The position numbers and the translations under genes were made by a program. 64,000 nucleotides of DNA from Escherichia coli (GTDB taxonomy: Bacteria; Pseudomonadota; Gammaproteobacteria; Enterobacterales; Enterobacteriaceae): NCBI RefSeq assembly GCF_013315695.1, contig NZ_CP054353.1. One strand, 5' to 3'. A model generated the notes under the pieces. That model worked only from the letters and a program-made list of their open reading frames with translations. It was not told the DNA's origin and made no database searches. This document shows positions 33,089-44,004 of the stretch, in pieces (the first letter of the stretch is position 1; each line of letters opens with the position of its first letter).

Positions 33089-34268
33089 ATGTTTACTAAA
33101 CGTCACCGCATCACATTACTGTTCAATGCCAATAAAGCCTATGACCGGCAGGTAGTAGAAGGCGTAGGGGGAATATTTACAGGCGTCACAATCGGAATGG
33201 GATATTTTCATTGAAGAAGATTTCCGCGCCCGCATTGATAAAATCAAGGACTGGTTAGGAGATGGCGTCATTGCCGACTTCGACAACAAACAAATCGAGC
33301 AAGCGCTAGCTGATGTCGACGTCCCCATTGTTGGGGTTGGTGGCTCGTATCACCTTGCCGAAAGTTACCCACCCGTTCATTACATTGCCACCGATAACTA
33401 TGCGCTGGTTGAAAGCGCGTTTTTGCATTTAAAAGAGAAAGGCGTTAACCGCTTTGCTTTTTATGGTCTTCCGGAATCAAGCGGTAAACGTTGGGCCACT
33501 GAACGCGAATATGCATTTCGTCAGCTTGTCGCCGAAGAAAAGTATCGCGGAGTGGTTTATCAGGGATTAGAAACCGCGCCAGAGAACTGGCAACACGCGC
33601 AAAATCGGCTGGCAGACTGGCTACAAACGCTGCCACCGCAAACCGGGATTATTGCCGTTACTGACGCCCGGGCGCGGCATATTCTGCAAGTATGTGAACA
33701 TCTACACATTCCCGTACCGGAAAAATTATGCGTGATTGGCATCGATAACGAAGAACTGACCCGCTATCTGTCGCGTGTCGCCCTTTCTTCGGTCGCTCAG
33801 GGCGCGCGGCAAATGGGCTATCAGGCGGCAAAACTGTTGCATCGATTATTAGATAAAGAAGAAATGCCGCTACAGCGGATTTTGGTCCCACCAGTTCGCG
33901 TCATTGAACGGCGCTCAACAGATTACCGCTCGCTGACCGATCCCGCCGTTATTCAGGCCATGCATTACATTCGTAATCACGCCTGTAAAGGGATTAAAGT
34001 GGATCAGGTACTGGATGCGGTGGGCATATCACGCTCCAATCTTGAGAAGCGTTTTAAAGAAGAGGTGGGTGAAACCATCCATGCCATGATTCATGCCGAG
34101 AAGCTGGAGAAAGCGCGCAGTCTGCTGATTTCAACCACCTTGTCGATCAATGAGATATCGCAAATGTGCGGTTATCCATCGCTGCAATATTTCTACTCTG
34201 TTTTTAAAAAAGCATATGACACGACGCCAAAAGAGTATCGCGATGTAAATAGCGAGGTCATGTTGTAG
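33089..34268 (+). pseudogene. xylR: xylR (AraC-family xylose operon activator) with +1 frameshift in a G-run at 33167-33171
   Basis: ATG at 33089 reads MFTKRHRITLLFNANKAYDRQVVEGVG then a stop after 42 codons; the rest of XylR (ORF 33423..34268 plus upstream codons) is in the +1 frame. Confidence 0.75.
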
Positions 34269-34287
34269 CGATGATGAGAATTGTCGG

Positions 34288-34362
34288 CGTCGCATCAGGT
34301 AACTCAGTACAATCACCTGATGCGAGCAAAAGCCTTATCCGACCGACAAGTCGGATAAGGCT
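34288..34362. repeat. Pair of REP-like perfect palindromes between xylR and bax; likely transcription terminator/mRNA stabiliser
   Basis: cgcatcaggt-N13-cacctgatgcg and gccttatccgac-N6-gtcggataaggc. Confidence 0.65.
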
Positions 34363-34375
34363 CGAGGAAATGCAA

Positions 34376-35200
34376 TTACATATGTGCCGCGATTAACCGT
34401 TGGTTATCCTGGTACATTGCGAACAGGTAGTTGTTATAACTCTTCCCTTTGGTCGAGTAGCCCTTCAGCTTGTGAATCATCGCTGTGGCAGTCACTTCCT
34501 GATCCGCTTTACGCAGCTGTGCACGCGATTTACGGAACGAAGAGTAAGCCGGATGCGTATTCAGGTTAGTAACATAGGCGCTCACCGATTCTTTGACAGA
34601 ACTAAACTGTGAGTACCCTTTCACTTTACCCGGCGCATTGGTACAACGTCCTTTCATGCATTTCATGCCGAACAGGTTGTTGTTGTTGCGCGCCAGCTTC
34701 GACGTTCCCCAACCGCTTTCTGCTGCAGCCATCGTCGCCACCATACTGGTAGGGATAATGTCTACGCGTTCAAGCAAAGTATTCCACGGGATTTTTCGCG
34801 TATTACCAGACCACTTCACCTTGTAGCGTTTGGCGATGTCTTTCAGACGCGCACGCTCAGCAGGTGACCATTGGCCCTGATACTGTTTTGAAATCAGCCA
34901 GTTACGTTCCGCAGTAATGGCCGCATTTTGGCTGGTAATGTAAGGCATTACGGTCCGGAGAAACGCCTTTTTCCTTGGTGTTCCGGAAGGGTATTTTCGC
35001 AAATCAGGAAGTGAACTACTCTTTGCACTATTGCGAGAATACTCTTGTTTACTGCTTACCTGTTTATTACTAGCTTTAGTTAAGTGGGACTTTTGACTCG
35101 CTGTTGTTGTGTGCGTCTTCGCTAACACCTCACTCGAAAACACCAGAGTGAGTAACATAAGAATCATCGCCCCATATCGTCGTATGGGAGTCAAAATCAT
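34376..35200 (-). CDS. bax: Bax protein (putative glucosaminidase-domain protein)
   Basis: 274 aa with signal peptide; synteny. Confidence 0.9.
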   Translation of the reverse strand: MILTPIRRYGAMILMLLTLVFSSEVLAKTHTTTASQKSHLTKASNKQVSSKQEYSRNSAKSSSLPDLRKYPSGTPRKKAFLRTVMPYITSQNAAITAERNWLISKQYQGQWSPAERARLKDIAKRYKVKWSGNTRKIPWNTLLERVDIIPTSMVATMAAAESGWGTSKLARNNNNLFGMKCMKGRCTNAPGKVKGYSQFSSVKESVSAYVTNLNTHPAYSSFRKSRAQLRKADQEVTATAMIHKLKGYSTKGKSYNNYLFAMYQDNQRLIAAHM

Positions 35201-35429
35201 CAGGTCTCCTGGTCGGATTTAATCATTCCAACACCTTATATTTTTCACAAATTTGAGAGTTGAATCTCAAATCATATCAAAAATAGCTGTCAAGAGCACC
35301 CCAAGGAATAGTCCAAATCTGAAACTATGTCACGAGTTAACGATTCAGATTGGCGCTAAATCGCAGAAAATGTGGGGTTTATCGCAAAATTCAGCCGTTT
35401 TTTGCGCGCGATCGCTCACCCTTGCTTCT

Positions 35430-35460
35430 CATCCTGTGGACTTACCGCTCAGGGATGAGT
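35430..35460 (+). promoter_or_regulatory. Candidate MalT box(es) in the malS promoter region
   Basis: GGGATGAG at 35452-35459 and an inverted GGATG at 35430-35439, about 60-90 bp upstream of the malS start; malS is a known MalT-dependent gene. Confidence 0.4.
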
Positions 35461-35519
35461 TTTGTCTGGCTTATCGCTGGCAAACTGTCTGAAATCGCAG
35501 CAATAAGGACTCATTCGCC

Positions 35520-37550
35520 ATGAAACTCGCCGCCTGTTTTCTGACACTCCTTCCTGGCTTCGCCGTTGCCGCCAGCTGGACTTCTCCGGGGTTTCCCACC
35601 TTTAGCGAACAGGGGACGGGAACATTTGTCAGCCACGCGCAGTTGCCCAAAGGTACGCGTCCACTAACGCTAAATTTTGACCAACAGTGCTGGCAGCCTG
35701 CGGATGCGATAAAACTCAATCAGATGCTTTCCCTGCAACCTTGTGGCAACACGCCGCCTCAATGGCGATTGTTCAGGGACGGCGAATATACGCTGCAACT
35801 AGACACCCGCTCCGGTACACCAACATTGATGATTTCCATCCAGAACGCCGTCGAACCGGTAGCAAGCCTGGTCCGTGAATGCCCGAAATGGGATGGATTA
35901 CCGCTCACACTGGATGTCAGCGCCACTTTTCCGGAGGGAGCCGCCGTCCGGGATTATTACAGCCAGCAAATTGCGATAGTGAAGAACGGTCAAATAACGT
36001 TACAACCCGCTGCCACCAGCAACGGTTTACTCCTGCTGGAACGGGCAGAAACTGACGCCTCTGCCCCTTTCGACTGGCATAACGCCACGGTTTACTTTGT
36101 GCTGACAGATCGTTTCGAAAACGGAGATCCCAGTAATGACCAGAGTTACGGACGTCATAAAGACGGTATGGCAGAAATTGGCACTTTTCACGGCGGCGAT
36201 TTACGCGGCCTGACCAACAAACTGGATTACCTCCAGCAGCTGGGCGTCAATGCTTTATGGATAAGTGCCCCATTTGAGCAAATTCACGGCTGGGTCGGCG
36301 GCGGTACAAAAGGCGATTTCCCGCATTATGCCTACCACGGTTATTACACACAGGACTGGACGAATCTTGATGCCAATATGGGCCGCGAAGCCGATCTACG
36401 GACGCTGGTTGATAGCGCGCATCAGCGCGGTATTCGTATTCTCTTTGATGTCGTGATGAACCACACCGGTTATGCCACACTGGCGGATATGCAGGAGTTT
36501 CAGTTTGGCGCGTTATATCTTTCTGGTGACGAAGTGAAAAAAACGCTGGGTGAACGCTGGAGCGACTGGAAACCTGCCGCCGGGCAAACCTGGCATAGCT
36601 TTAACGATTACATTAATTTCAGCGACAAAACAGGCTGGGATAAATGGTGGGGAAAAAACTGGATCAGAACCGATATCGGCGATTACGACAATCCTGGATT
36701 CGACGATCTCACTATGTCGCTGGCCTTTTTGCCGGATATCAAAACCGAATCAACGACCGCTTCTGGTCTGCCGGTGTTCTATAAAAACAAAACGGATACC
36801 CACGCTAAAGTCATCGACGGCTTTACCCCTCGCGATTACTTAACCCACTGGTTAAGTCAGTGGGTCCGCGACTATGGGATTGATGGTTTTCGGGTCGATA
36901 CCGCCAAACATGTTGAGTTGCCCGCCTGGCAACAACTGAAAACCGAAGCCAGCGCCGCGCTTCGCGAATGGAAAAAAGCGAATCCCGACAAAGCATTAGA
37001 TGATAAACCGTTCTGGATGACCGGTGAAGCCTGGGGCCACGGCGTGATGCAAAGTGACTACTATCGCCACGGCTTCGATGCGATGATCAATTTCGATTAT
37101 CAGGAGCAGGCGGCGAAAGCAGTCGATTGTCTGGCGCAGATGGATACGACCTGGCAGCAAATGGCGGAGAAATTGCAGGATTTCAACGTGTTGAGCTACC
37201 TCTCATCGCATGATACCCGCCTGTTCCGCGAAGGTGGTAATAAAGCAGCAGAGTTATTGTTATTAGCGCCAGGCGCGGTACAAATCTTTTATGGTGATGA
37301 ATCCTCGCGTCCGTTCGGCCCCACCGGTTCGGATCCGCTGCAAGGTACGCGTTCGGATATGAACTGGCAGGATGTTAGCGGTAAATCTGCCGCCAGCGTC
37401 GCGCACTGGCAGAAAATCAGCCAGTTCCGTGCCCGCCATCCCGCAATTGGCGCGGGCAAACAAACGACACTTTCGATGAAGCAGGGCTACGGCTTTGTTC
37501 GTGAGCATGGCGACGATAAAGTGCTGGTCATCTGGGCTGGGCAACAGTGA
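35520..37550 (+). CDS. malS: Periplasmic alpha-amylase MalS
   Basis: 676 aa, signal peptide, GH13 motifs (DVVMNH, GFRVDTAKH). Confidence 0.95.
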   Translation: MKLAACFLTLLPGFAVAASWTSPGFPTFSEQGTGTFVSHAQLPKGTRPLTLNFDQQCWQPADAIKLNQMLSLQPCGNTPPQWRLFRDGEYTLQLDTRSGTPTLMISIQNAVEPVASLVRECPKWDGLPLTLDVSATFPEGAAVRDYYSQQIAIVKNGQITLQPAATSNGLLLLERAETDASAPFDWHNATVYFVLTDRFENGDPSNDQSYGRHKDGMAEIGTFHGGDLRGLTNKLDYLQQLGVNALWISAPFEQIHGWVGGGTKGDFPHYAYHGYYTQDWTNLDANMGREADLRTLVDSAHQRGIRILFDVVMNHTGYATLADMQEFQFGALYLSGDEVKKTLGERWSDWKPAAGQTWHSFNDYINFSDKTGWDKWWGKNWIRTDIGDYDNPGFDDLTMSLAFLPDIKTESTTASGLPVFYKNKTDTHAKVIDGFTPRDYLTHWLSQWVRDYGIDGFRVDTAKHVELPAWQQLKTEASAALREWKKANPDKALDDKPFWMTGEAWGHGVMQSDYYRHGFDAMINFDYQEQAAKAVDCLAQMDTTWQQMAEKLQDFNVLSYLSSHDTRLFREGGNKAAELLLLAPGAVQIFYGDESSRPFGPTGSDPLQGTRSDMNWQDVSGKSAASVAHWQKISQFRARHPAIGAGKQTTLSMKQGYGFVREHGDDKVLVIWAGQQ

Positions 37551-37727
37551 CTTTTCCGGCTTCCCGTTCGTCAGTACCTCGGGAAGCCGCCAACCAGGAT
37601 AAAATGTCAGCTCTAATCAGCGTTGCAGGATAAAGCACCGCTCCCTCTTCAACAGAGCGATTTGCACCCCAGCAAATGTAGCGTTATTGTTACCTTCCTT
37701 GCTACAGAGTTCGACAGATATCCCGCT

Positions 37728-38981
37728 ATGACATTCTCCCTTTTTGGTGACAAATTTACCCGCCACTCCGGCATTACGCTGCTGATGGAAGATCTGAACG
37801 ACGGTTTATGCACGCCTGGCGCGATTATGCTCGGCGGCGGTAATCCAGCGCAGATCCCGGAAATGCAGGACTACTTCCAGACGCTACTGACCGACATGCT
37901 GGAAAGTGGCAAAGCGACTGATGCACTGTGCAATTACGACGGTCCACAGGGGAAAACGGAGCTCCTCACACTGCTTGCCGGAATGCTGCGCGAGAAGTTG
38001 GGTTGGGATATCGAACCACAGAATATTGCACTAACAAACGGCAGCCAGAGCGCGTTTTTCTACTTATTTAATCTGTTTGCCGGACGCCGTGCCGATGGTC
38101 GGATCAAAAAAGTGCTGTTTCCGCTGGCACCGGAATACATTGGCTACGCTGACGCCGGACTGGAAGAAGATCTGTTTGTCTCTGCGCGTCCGAATATTGA
38201 ACTGCTGCCGGAAGGCCAGTTTAAATACCACGTCGATTTTGAGCATCTACATATTGGCGAAGAAACCGGGATGATTTGCGTCTCCCGGCCGACGAATCCA
38301 ACAGGCAATGTGATTACTGACGAAGAGTTGCTGAAGCTTGACGCGCTGGCGAATCAACACGGCATTCCGCTGGTGATTGATAACGCTTATGGCGTCCCGT
38401 TCCCGGGTATCATCTTCAGCGAAGCGCGCCCGCTGTGGAATCCGAATATTGTACTGTGCATGAGTCTTTCCAAGCTGGGACTACCGGGTTCGCGCTGCGG
38501 CATTATCATCGCCAATGAAAAAATCATCACCGCAATCACCAACATGAACGGCATTATCAGCCTGGCGCCTGGCGGTATTGGTCCGGCGATAATGTGTGAA
38601 ATGATTAAGCGTAACGATCTGCTGCGCCTGTCTGAAACAGTCATCAAACCGTTTTATTACCAGCGTGTTCAGGAAACTATCGCCATCATTCGCCGCTATT
38701 TACCGGAAGATCGCTGCCTGATTCATAAACCGGAAGGAGCCATTTTCCTCTGGCTATGGTTTAAGGATTTGCCGATCACTACCGAGCAGCTTTACCAGCG
38801 CCTGAAAGCACGCGGCGTGCTGATGGTACCGGGGCACAACTTCTTCCCAGGGCTGGATAAACCGTGGCCACATACACATCAATGTATGCGCATGAACTAC
38901 GTGCCGGAGCCGGATAAAATTGAGGCGGGTGTGAAGATTCTGGCGGAAGAGATAGAAAGAGCCTGGGCTGAAAGCCATTAA
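37728..38981 (+). CDS. avtA: Valine-pyruvate aminotransferase AvtA
   Basis: Internal Met (MTFSLFGDKFTRHSGITLLMEDL...) gives 417 aa; PLP aminotransferase fold. Confidence 0.9.
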   Translation: MTFSLFGDKFTRHSGITLLMEDLNDGLCTPGAIMLGGGNPAQIPEMQDYFQTLLTDMLESGKATDALCNYDGPQGKTELLTLLAGMLREKLGWDIEPQNIALTNGSQSAFFYLFNLFAGRRADGRIKKVLFPLAPEYIGYADAGLEEDLFVSARPNIELLPEGQFKYHVDFEHLHIGEETGMICVSRPTNPTGNVITDEELLKLDALANQHGIPLVIDNAYGVPFPGIIFSEARPLWNPNIVLCMSLSKLGLPGSRCGIIIANEKIITAITNMNGIISLAPGGIGPAIMCEMIKRNDLLRLSETVIKPFYYQRVQETIAIIRRYLPEDRCLIHKPEGAIFLWLWFKDLPITTEQLYQRLKARGVLMVPGHNFFPGLDKPWPHTHQCMRMNYVPEPDKIEAGVKILAEEIERAWAESH

Positions 38982-39019
38982 TACGCTATTCCGGCGTTGA
39001 GAAACGCCGGAAAAACGTT

Positions 39020-39499
39020 TCAAACAGGCTGCTGCCGTAGCCGATGCCGCTGCACTTTCTCGACATCCATGCACTGCAACGCCTTTGTCGGGCAGGCTTC
39101 AACACAGGCCGGTCCCGTCGCCCGATGCCAGCACAGATCGCACTTAATCGCCCTCGCCTTTTTGCGCGAAGAAACGACCTCCATCGCACCAAACGGGCAA
39201 GCCAGCATACAGCTTTTACAGCCAATGCAACGTGATTGTTCAACGAAAATATGCCCATGTTCGCGGCTTATCGCGTCAACAGGGCACACATTTGCGCACG
39301 GTGCATCTTCACACTGATGACAGGCTACTGCCGTGGTGTAAGTATGATCTTTAATGACACGAATACGCGAAATAAACTCACCGTGTGACAACGCAGCGCA
39401 ATCCTGATTCTCCTGATGCGACACTGCGCAAGCCACTTCACAGGTACGGCAACCGATACATTTCGTCGCATCCGCAATAATAAACCAGTTCATGATCAC
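39020..39499 (-). CDS. ysaA: 4Fe-4S ferredoxin-type protein YsaA
   Basis: 159 aa with four CxxCxxCxxxCP clusters. Confidence 0.9.
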   Translation of the reverse strand: MIMNWFIIADATKCIGCRTCEVACAVSHQENQDCAALSHGEFISRIRVIKDHTYTTAVACHQCEDAPCANVCPVDAISREHGHIFVEQSRCIGCKSCMLACPFGAMEVVSSRKKARAIKCDLCWHRATGPACVEACPTKALQCMDVEKVQRHRLRQQPV

Positions 39500-39594
39500 T
39501 CCTTTGCACTAAAACAGCAGAGTGCCAGAGAGCGCGTCTCTACTGCTTTGATCCAACGAAGGAAATGTTAAAGTTTTGGCACTTGTCCAAAGCG

Positions 39595-40443
39595 TTATGT
39601 GATCGCGCCCTGGTCGTCCCTGACAGTAAATCCCAGTTCATTAGAAATAGCCTGCGCGGTTTCACGCAGTGGTTTCAGGAGATTTTTCTCCCCCACCTGT
39701 TTCAGACGTGATGTCGAAAGCGAAATCGACACGGCGTACGGCACCCGCCCATGAATATCAAACACCGGAACAGCAATACAGGAGACGCCGAGTTCGTTTT
39801 CTTCTCTGTCCATCGCCGCTCCGCTTTCACGAATGTGCGCCAGTTCGTCGAACATCGCGGGCAGCTCGGTAATGGTATTGTGGGTTAACGGCTGGATCTC
39901 ATGCTGATGGCTTTCCCAGTATGACTTCACGTAGTCCGGGTGACCAAACGCCATGTAGATCTTGCCCATTGCGGAACAGTAGAGCGGCATATGCTGGCCA
40001 ATATAGGCACGGGTTCGCAGCATCCCGGTTGTGGGTTCCAGCTTATAAATCAAAATAGCGTGATCGTCTTCGCGGCTGGAGAAGTTAATAGTTTCACCAG
40101 TGGCGATGTTCAGTGCCTCAAGATGCGGAGCGGCGATATGAATGATATTCAGCGAAGACAGCGCCTTCTGCCCGACGGCAATAAATTTGGTGGTCAGGCG
40201 GTAACTCCCTGCGGCGGGCGCGGTGGTCACATAGCCGCAGGACTGTAATCCCTGCAATAAGCGATGGACGGTACTCTTATTTAAACCAGCCAGTTCCGAA
40301 AGATGCGCCAACGGACAACCGTTTGGATAGTTGCTCAAAATCTCAATCAGCATCAACCCGCGAAACAGACTCTGGCTTCCGGCTGGACGCTCTTTTTCCT
40401 GCGCCATCTCGTTCTCTTTTTTTCCCATCACTTCTTTCCCCAT
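39595..40443 (-). CDS. yiaJ: IclR-family transcriptional repressor YiaJ
   Basis: 282 aa, N-terminal HTH and IclR effector domain; divergent from yiaK. Confidence 0.9.
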   Translation of the reverse strand: MGKEVMGKKENEMAQEKERPAGSQSLFRGLMLIEILSNYPNGCPLAHLSELAGLNKSTVHRLLQGLQSCGYVTTAPAAGSYRLTTKFIAVGQKALSSLNIIHIAAPHLEALNIATGETINFSSREDDHAILIYKLEPTTGMLRTRAYIGQHMPLYCSAMGKIYMAFGHPDYVKSYWESHQHEIQPLTHNTITELPAMFDELAHIRESGAAMDREENELGVSCIAVPVFDIHGRVPYAVSISLSTSRLKQVGEKNLLKPLRETAQAISNELGFTVRDDQGAIT

Positions 40444-40519
40444 TTTGTCGCGTCCTGATGGTAGCGCAAAGTGTGCCGTAGTTCACGATCTCGACAGATA
40501 ATTTATAACCACTTGATTT

Positions 40520-40610
40520 TTAAGTTTTTTGAAATTCATCAATCAGATTGCTTTGTTAAAAAGTGATCGATATATTTGAAATCAAGTTTCGTATATTGAA
40601 ATTTTAAGCC
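40520..40610. promoter_or_regulatory. yiaJ-yiaK divergent control region with repeated ATAT(T)TGAAAT motifs (candidate YiaJ operator / promoter elements)
   Basis: TGAAAT at 40530, 40577 and 40597; the latter two lie within ATATTTGAAAT / ATATTGAAAT direct repeats 20 bp apart. Confidence 0.35.
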
Positions 40611-40643
40611 AAAAAAGCGATCAAAAAAACAAGGAAGCCTGGG

Positions 40644-41642
40644 ATGAAAGTGACATTTGAGCAGTTAAAAGCAGCCTTTAATCGGGTCTTAATTTCACGC
40701 GGCGTTGACAGCGAAACGGCTGACGCCTGTGCAGAGATGTTCGCCCGCACCACCGAATCCGGCGTTTATTCTCACGGCGTTAATCGTTTCCCTCGTTTCA
40801 TTCAACAACTGGAAAACGGCGATATCATTCCTGATGCCCAACCCAAACGTATAACCAGCCTCGGCGCAATTGAACAGTGGGACGCTCAGCGTTCGATCGG
40901 TAACCTGACAGCGAAAAAGATGATGGATCGCGCCATTGAACTGGCTGCCGATCACGGTATTGGTCTGGTGGCACTACGTAATGCCAACCACTGGATGCGC
41001 GGCGGCAGCTACGGCTGGCAGGCGGCGGAAAAAGGCTATATTGGCATTTGCTGGACCAACTCCATCGCCGTAATGCCGCCGTGGGGCGCAAAAGAGTGTC
41101 GCATCGGCACCAACCCGCTGATCGTCGCCATTCCTTCTACCCCAATCACCATGGTCGATATGTCGATGTCGATGTTCTCTTACGGCATGTTAGAAGTTAA
41201 CCGTCTGGCAGGCCGTCAGCTCCCGGTCGATGGTGGCTTTGATGATGAGGGCAATTTGACCAAAGAACCTGGCGTTATCGAGAAGAATCGCCGCATTTTG
41301 CCGATGGGCTACTGGAAAGGTTCTGGCATGTCGATTGTGCTGGATATGATCGCCACTCTCCTTTCCGACGGCGCATCGGTTGCCGAAGTCACCCAGGACA
41401 ACAGCGACGAATACGGCGTTTCGCAAATCTTTATCGCCATCGAAGTGGATAAATTGATCGACGGCCCCACCCGCGATGCCAAGCTGCAACGCATCATGGA
41501 TTACGTTACTACCGCTGAACGCGCTGACGAAAACCAGGCCATCCGCTTACCCGGCCACGAATTTACTACCCTGCTGGCCGAAAACCGCCGTAACGGCATC
41601 ACCGTTGATGACAGCGTGTGGGCCAAAATCCAGGCGTTATGA
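40644..41642 (+). CDS. yiaK: 2,3-diketo-L-gulonate reductase
   Basis: 332 aa Ldh_2 family oxidoreductase. Confidence 0.93.
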   Translation: MKVTFEQLKAAFNRVLISRGVDSETADACAEMFARTTESGVYSHGVNRFPRFIQQLENGDIIPDAQPKRITSLGAIEQWDAQRSIGNLTAKKMMDRAIELAADHGIGLVALRNANHWMRGGSYGWQAAEKGYIGICWTNSIAVMPPWGAKECRIGTNPLIVAIPSTPITMVDMSMSMFSYGMLEVNRLAGRQLPVDGGFDDEGNLTKEPGVIEKNRRILPMGYWKGSGMSIVLDMIATLLSDGASVAEVTQDNSDEYGVSQIFIAIEVDKLIDGPTRDAKLQRIMDYVTTAERADENQAIRLPGHEFTTLLAENRRNGITVDDSVWAKIQAL

Positions 41643-41650
41643 GGAGATAA

Positions 41651-42121
<471 letters not shown>

Positions 42122-42238
42122 TCGAATAATCGTCTACGCCAGAACGCCTGGGTAATGTTATTGCTCTAACTATATTAATAATTTAGGTTGCTGCACATGC
42201 AACTTGAATTATGACAGACATAGCCTCAAGGAATAGCT

Positions 42239-42712
42239 ATGAAAAAAATACTTGAAGCAATACTGGCGATTAATCTCGCCGTACTTTCCTGTATTGTGTT
42301 TATAAACATTATTTTAAGATATGGTTTTCAGACAAGCATTTTATCTGTAGATGAATTGTCACGTTATTTATTTGTCTGGTTAACATTTATTGGCGCGATT
42401 GTGGCTTTTATGGATAACGCCCACGTTCAGGTCACCTTTCTGGTGGAGAAACTCTCCTCCGCATGGCAGCGACGAGTCGCTCTGGTTACCCATTCCTTAA
42501 TCTTATTTATTTGTGGCGCACTGGCCTGGGGCGCAACGCTAAAAACAATTCAGGACTGGAGCGATTATTCACCGATCCTCGGTTTGCCCATCGGCCTGAT
42601 GTATGCCGCTTGTCTGCCCACCAGCCTCGTTATCGCATTCTTTGAACTGCGTCATTTATATCAACTCATCACGCGTAGCAATTCTCTAACGTCGCCACCG
42701 CAAGGAGCTTAA
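42239..42712 (+). CDS. yiaM: TRAP transporter small permease YiaM
   Basis: 157 aa, four TM segments. Confidence 0.9.
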   Translation: MKKILEAILAINLAVLSCIVFINIILRYGFQTSILSVDELSRYLFVWLTFIGAIVAFMDNAHVQVTFLVEKLSSAWQRRVALVTHSLILFICGALAWGATLKTIQDWSDYSPILGLPIGLMYAACLPTSLVIAFFELRHLYQLITRSNSLTSPPQGA

Positions 42713-42714
42713 TC

Positions 42715-43992
42715 ATGGCTGTGCTGATTTTTCTGGGCTGTCTGTTGGGTGGTATTGCTATCGGTTTGCCTATTGCCTGGGCACTGTTGTTGTGCGGGGC
42801 GGCGTTAATGTTCTGGCTGGGCATGTTTGATGTCCAGATCATGGCACAAACGCTGGTGAACGGAGCCGACAGCTTCTCCCTGCTGGCGATTCCGTTCTTT
42901 GTGCTGGCGGGTGAAATCATGAATGCGGGCGGCTTGTCAAAACGCATTGTTGACCTGCCGATGAAACTGGTGGGGCATAAACCAGGCGGGCTGGGCTACG
43001 TCGGCGTGCTGGCGGCTATGATTATGGCAAGCCTTTCTGGTTCTGCCGTTGCGGATACCGCCGCCGTTGCCGCGCTATTAGTGCCGATGATGCGCAGCGC
43101 TAACTACCCGGTCAACCGTGCTGCGGGGCTGATTGCCTCTGGCGGGATTATCGCGCCAATTATTCCCCCTTCCATTCCGTTTATTATCTTCGGCGTTTCC
43201 AGCGGATTATCCATCAGCAAGCTGTTTATGGCGGGTATTGCCCCAGGCATTATGATGGGCGCAACGCTGATGCTTACCTGGTGGTGGCAGGCCAGTCGCC
43301 TTAATTTACCCCGCCAGCAAAAAGCAACGATGCAGGAAATCTGGCACTCTTTTATCTCCGGTATCTGGGCGCTGTTTCTTCCAGTCATCATTATTGGCGG
43401 GTTTCGCTCCGGTCTGTTTACCCCTACCGAAGCCGGGGCCGTTGCTGCTTTCTATGCGCTGTTTGTCGCCACAGTTATTTACCGTGAAATGACCTTCGCC
43501 ACACTTTGGCATGTGCTCATTGGCGCAGCGAAAACGACCTCAGTGGTGATGTTTCTGGTGGCCTCGGCACAAGTTTCCGCCTGGCTGATCACCATTGCTG
43601 AACTGCCGATGATGGTTTCTGATTTACTGCAACCGCTGGTCGATTCACCGCGTCTGCTGTTTATCGTCATTATGGTGGCTATCCTGATTGTCGGCATGGT
43701 CATGGATTTAACGCCGACGGTATTAATTCTTACCCCGGTATTAATGCCTTTAGTTAAAGAGGCAGGAATCGATCCGATTTATTTCGGTGTCATGTTTATC
43801 ATTAACTGCTCAATCGGCTTAATTACACCGCCTATCGGTAATGTGCTTAACGTTATTTCAGGGGTGGCAAAACTCAAATTCGATGATGCAGTCAGAGGCG
43901 TTTTCCCTTACGTCCTGGTTTTATATTCATTATTAGTCGTATTTGTTTTTATTCCCGATCTCATCATCCTCCCTTTGAAATGGATTAATTAA
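42715..43992 (+). CDS. yiaN: TRAP transporter large permease YiaN
   Basis: 425 aa DctM-like permease. Confidence 0.93.
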   Translation: MAVLIFLGCLLGGIAIGLPIAWALLLCGAALMFWLGMFDVQIMAQTLVNGADSFSLLAIPFFVLAGEIMNAGGLSKRIVDLPMKLVGHKPGGLGYVGVLAAMIMASLSGSAVADTAAVAALLVPMMRSANYPVNRAAGLIASGGIIAPIIPPSIPFIIFGVSSGLSISKLFMAGIAPGIMMGATLMLTWWWQASRLNLPRQQKATMQEIWHSFISGIWALFLPVIIIGGFRSGLFTPTEAGAVAAFYALFVATVIYREMTFATLWHVLIGAAKTTSVVMFLVASAQVSAWLITIAELPMMVSDLLQPLVDSPRLLFIVIMVAILIVGMVMDLTPTVLILTPVLMPLVKEAGIDPIYFGVMFIINCSIGLITPPIGNVLNVISGVAKLKFDDAVRGVFPYVLVLYSLLVVFVFIPDLIILPLKWIN

Positions 43993-44004
43993 AAGGAAAA
44001 TATT

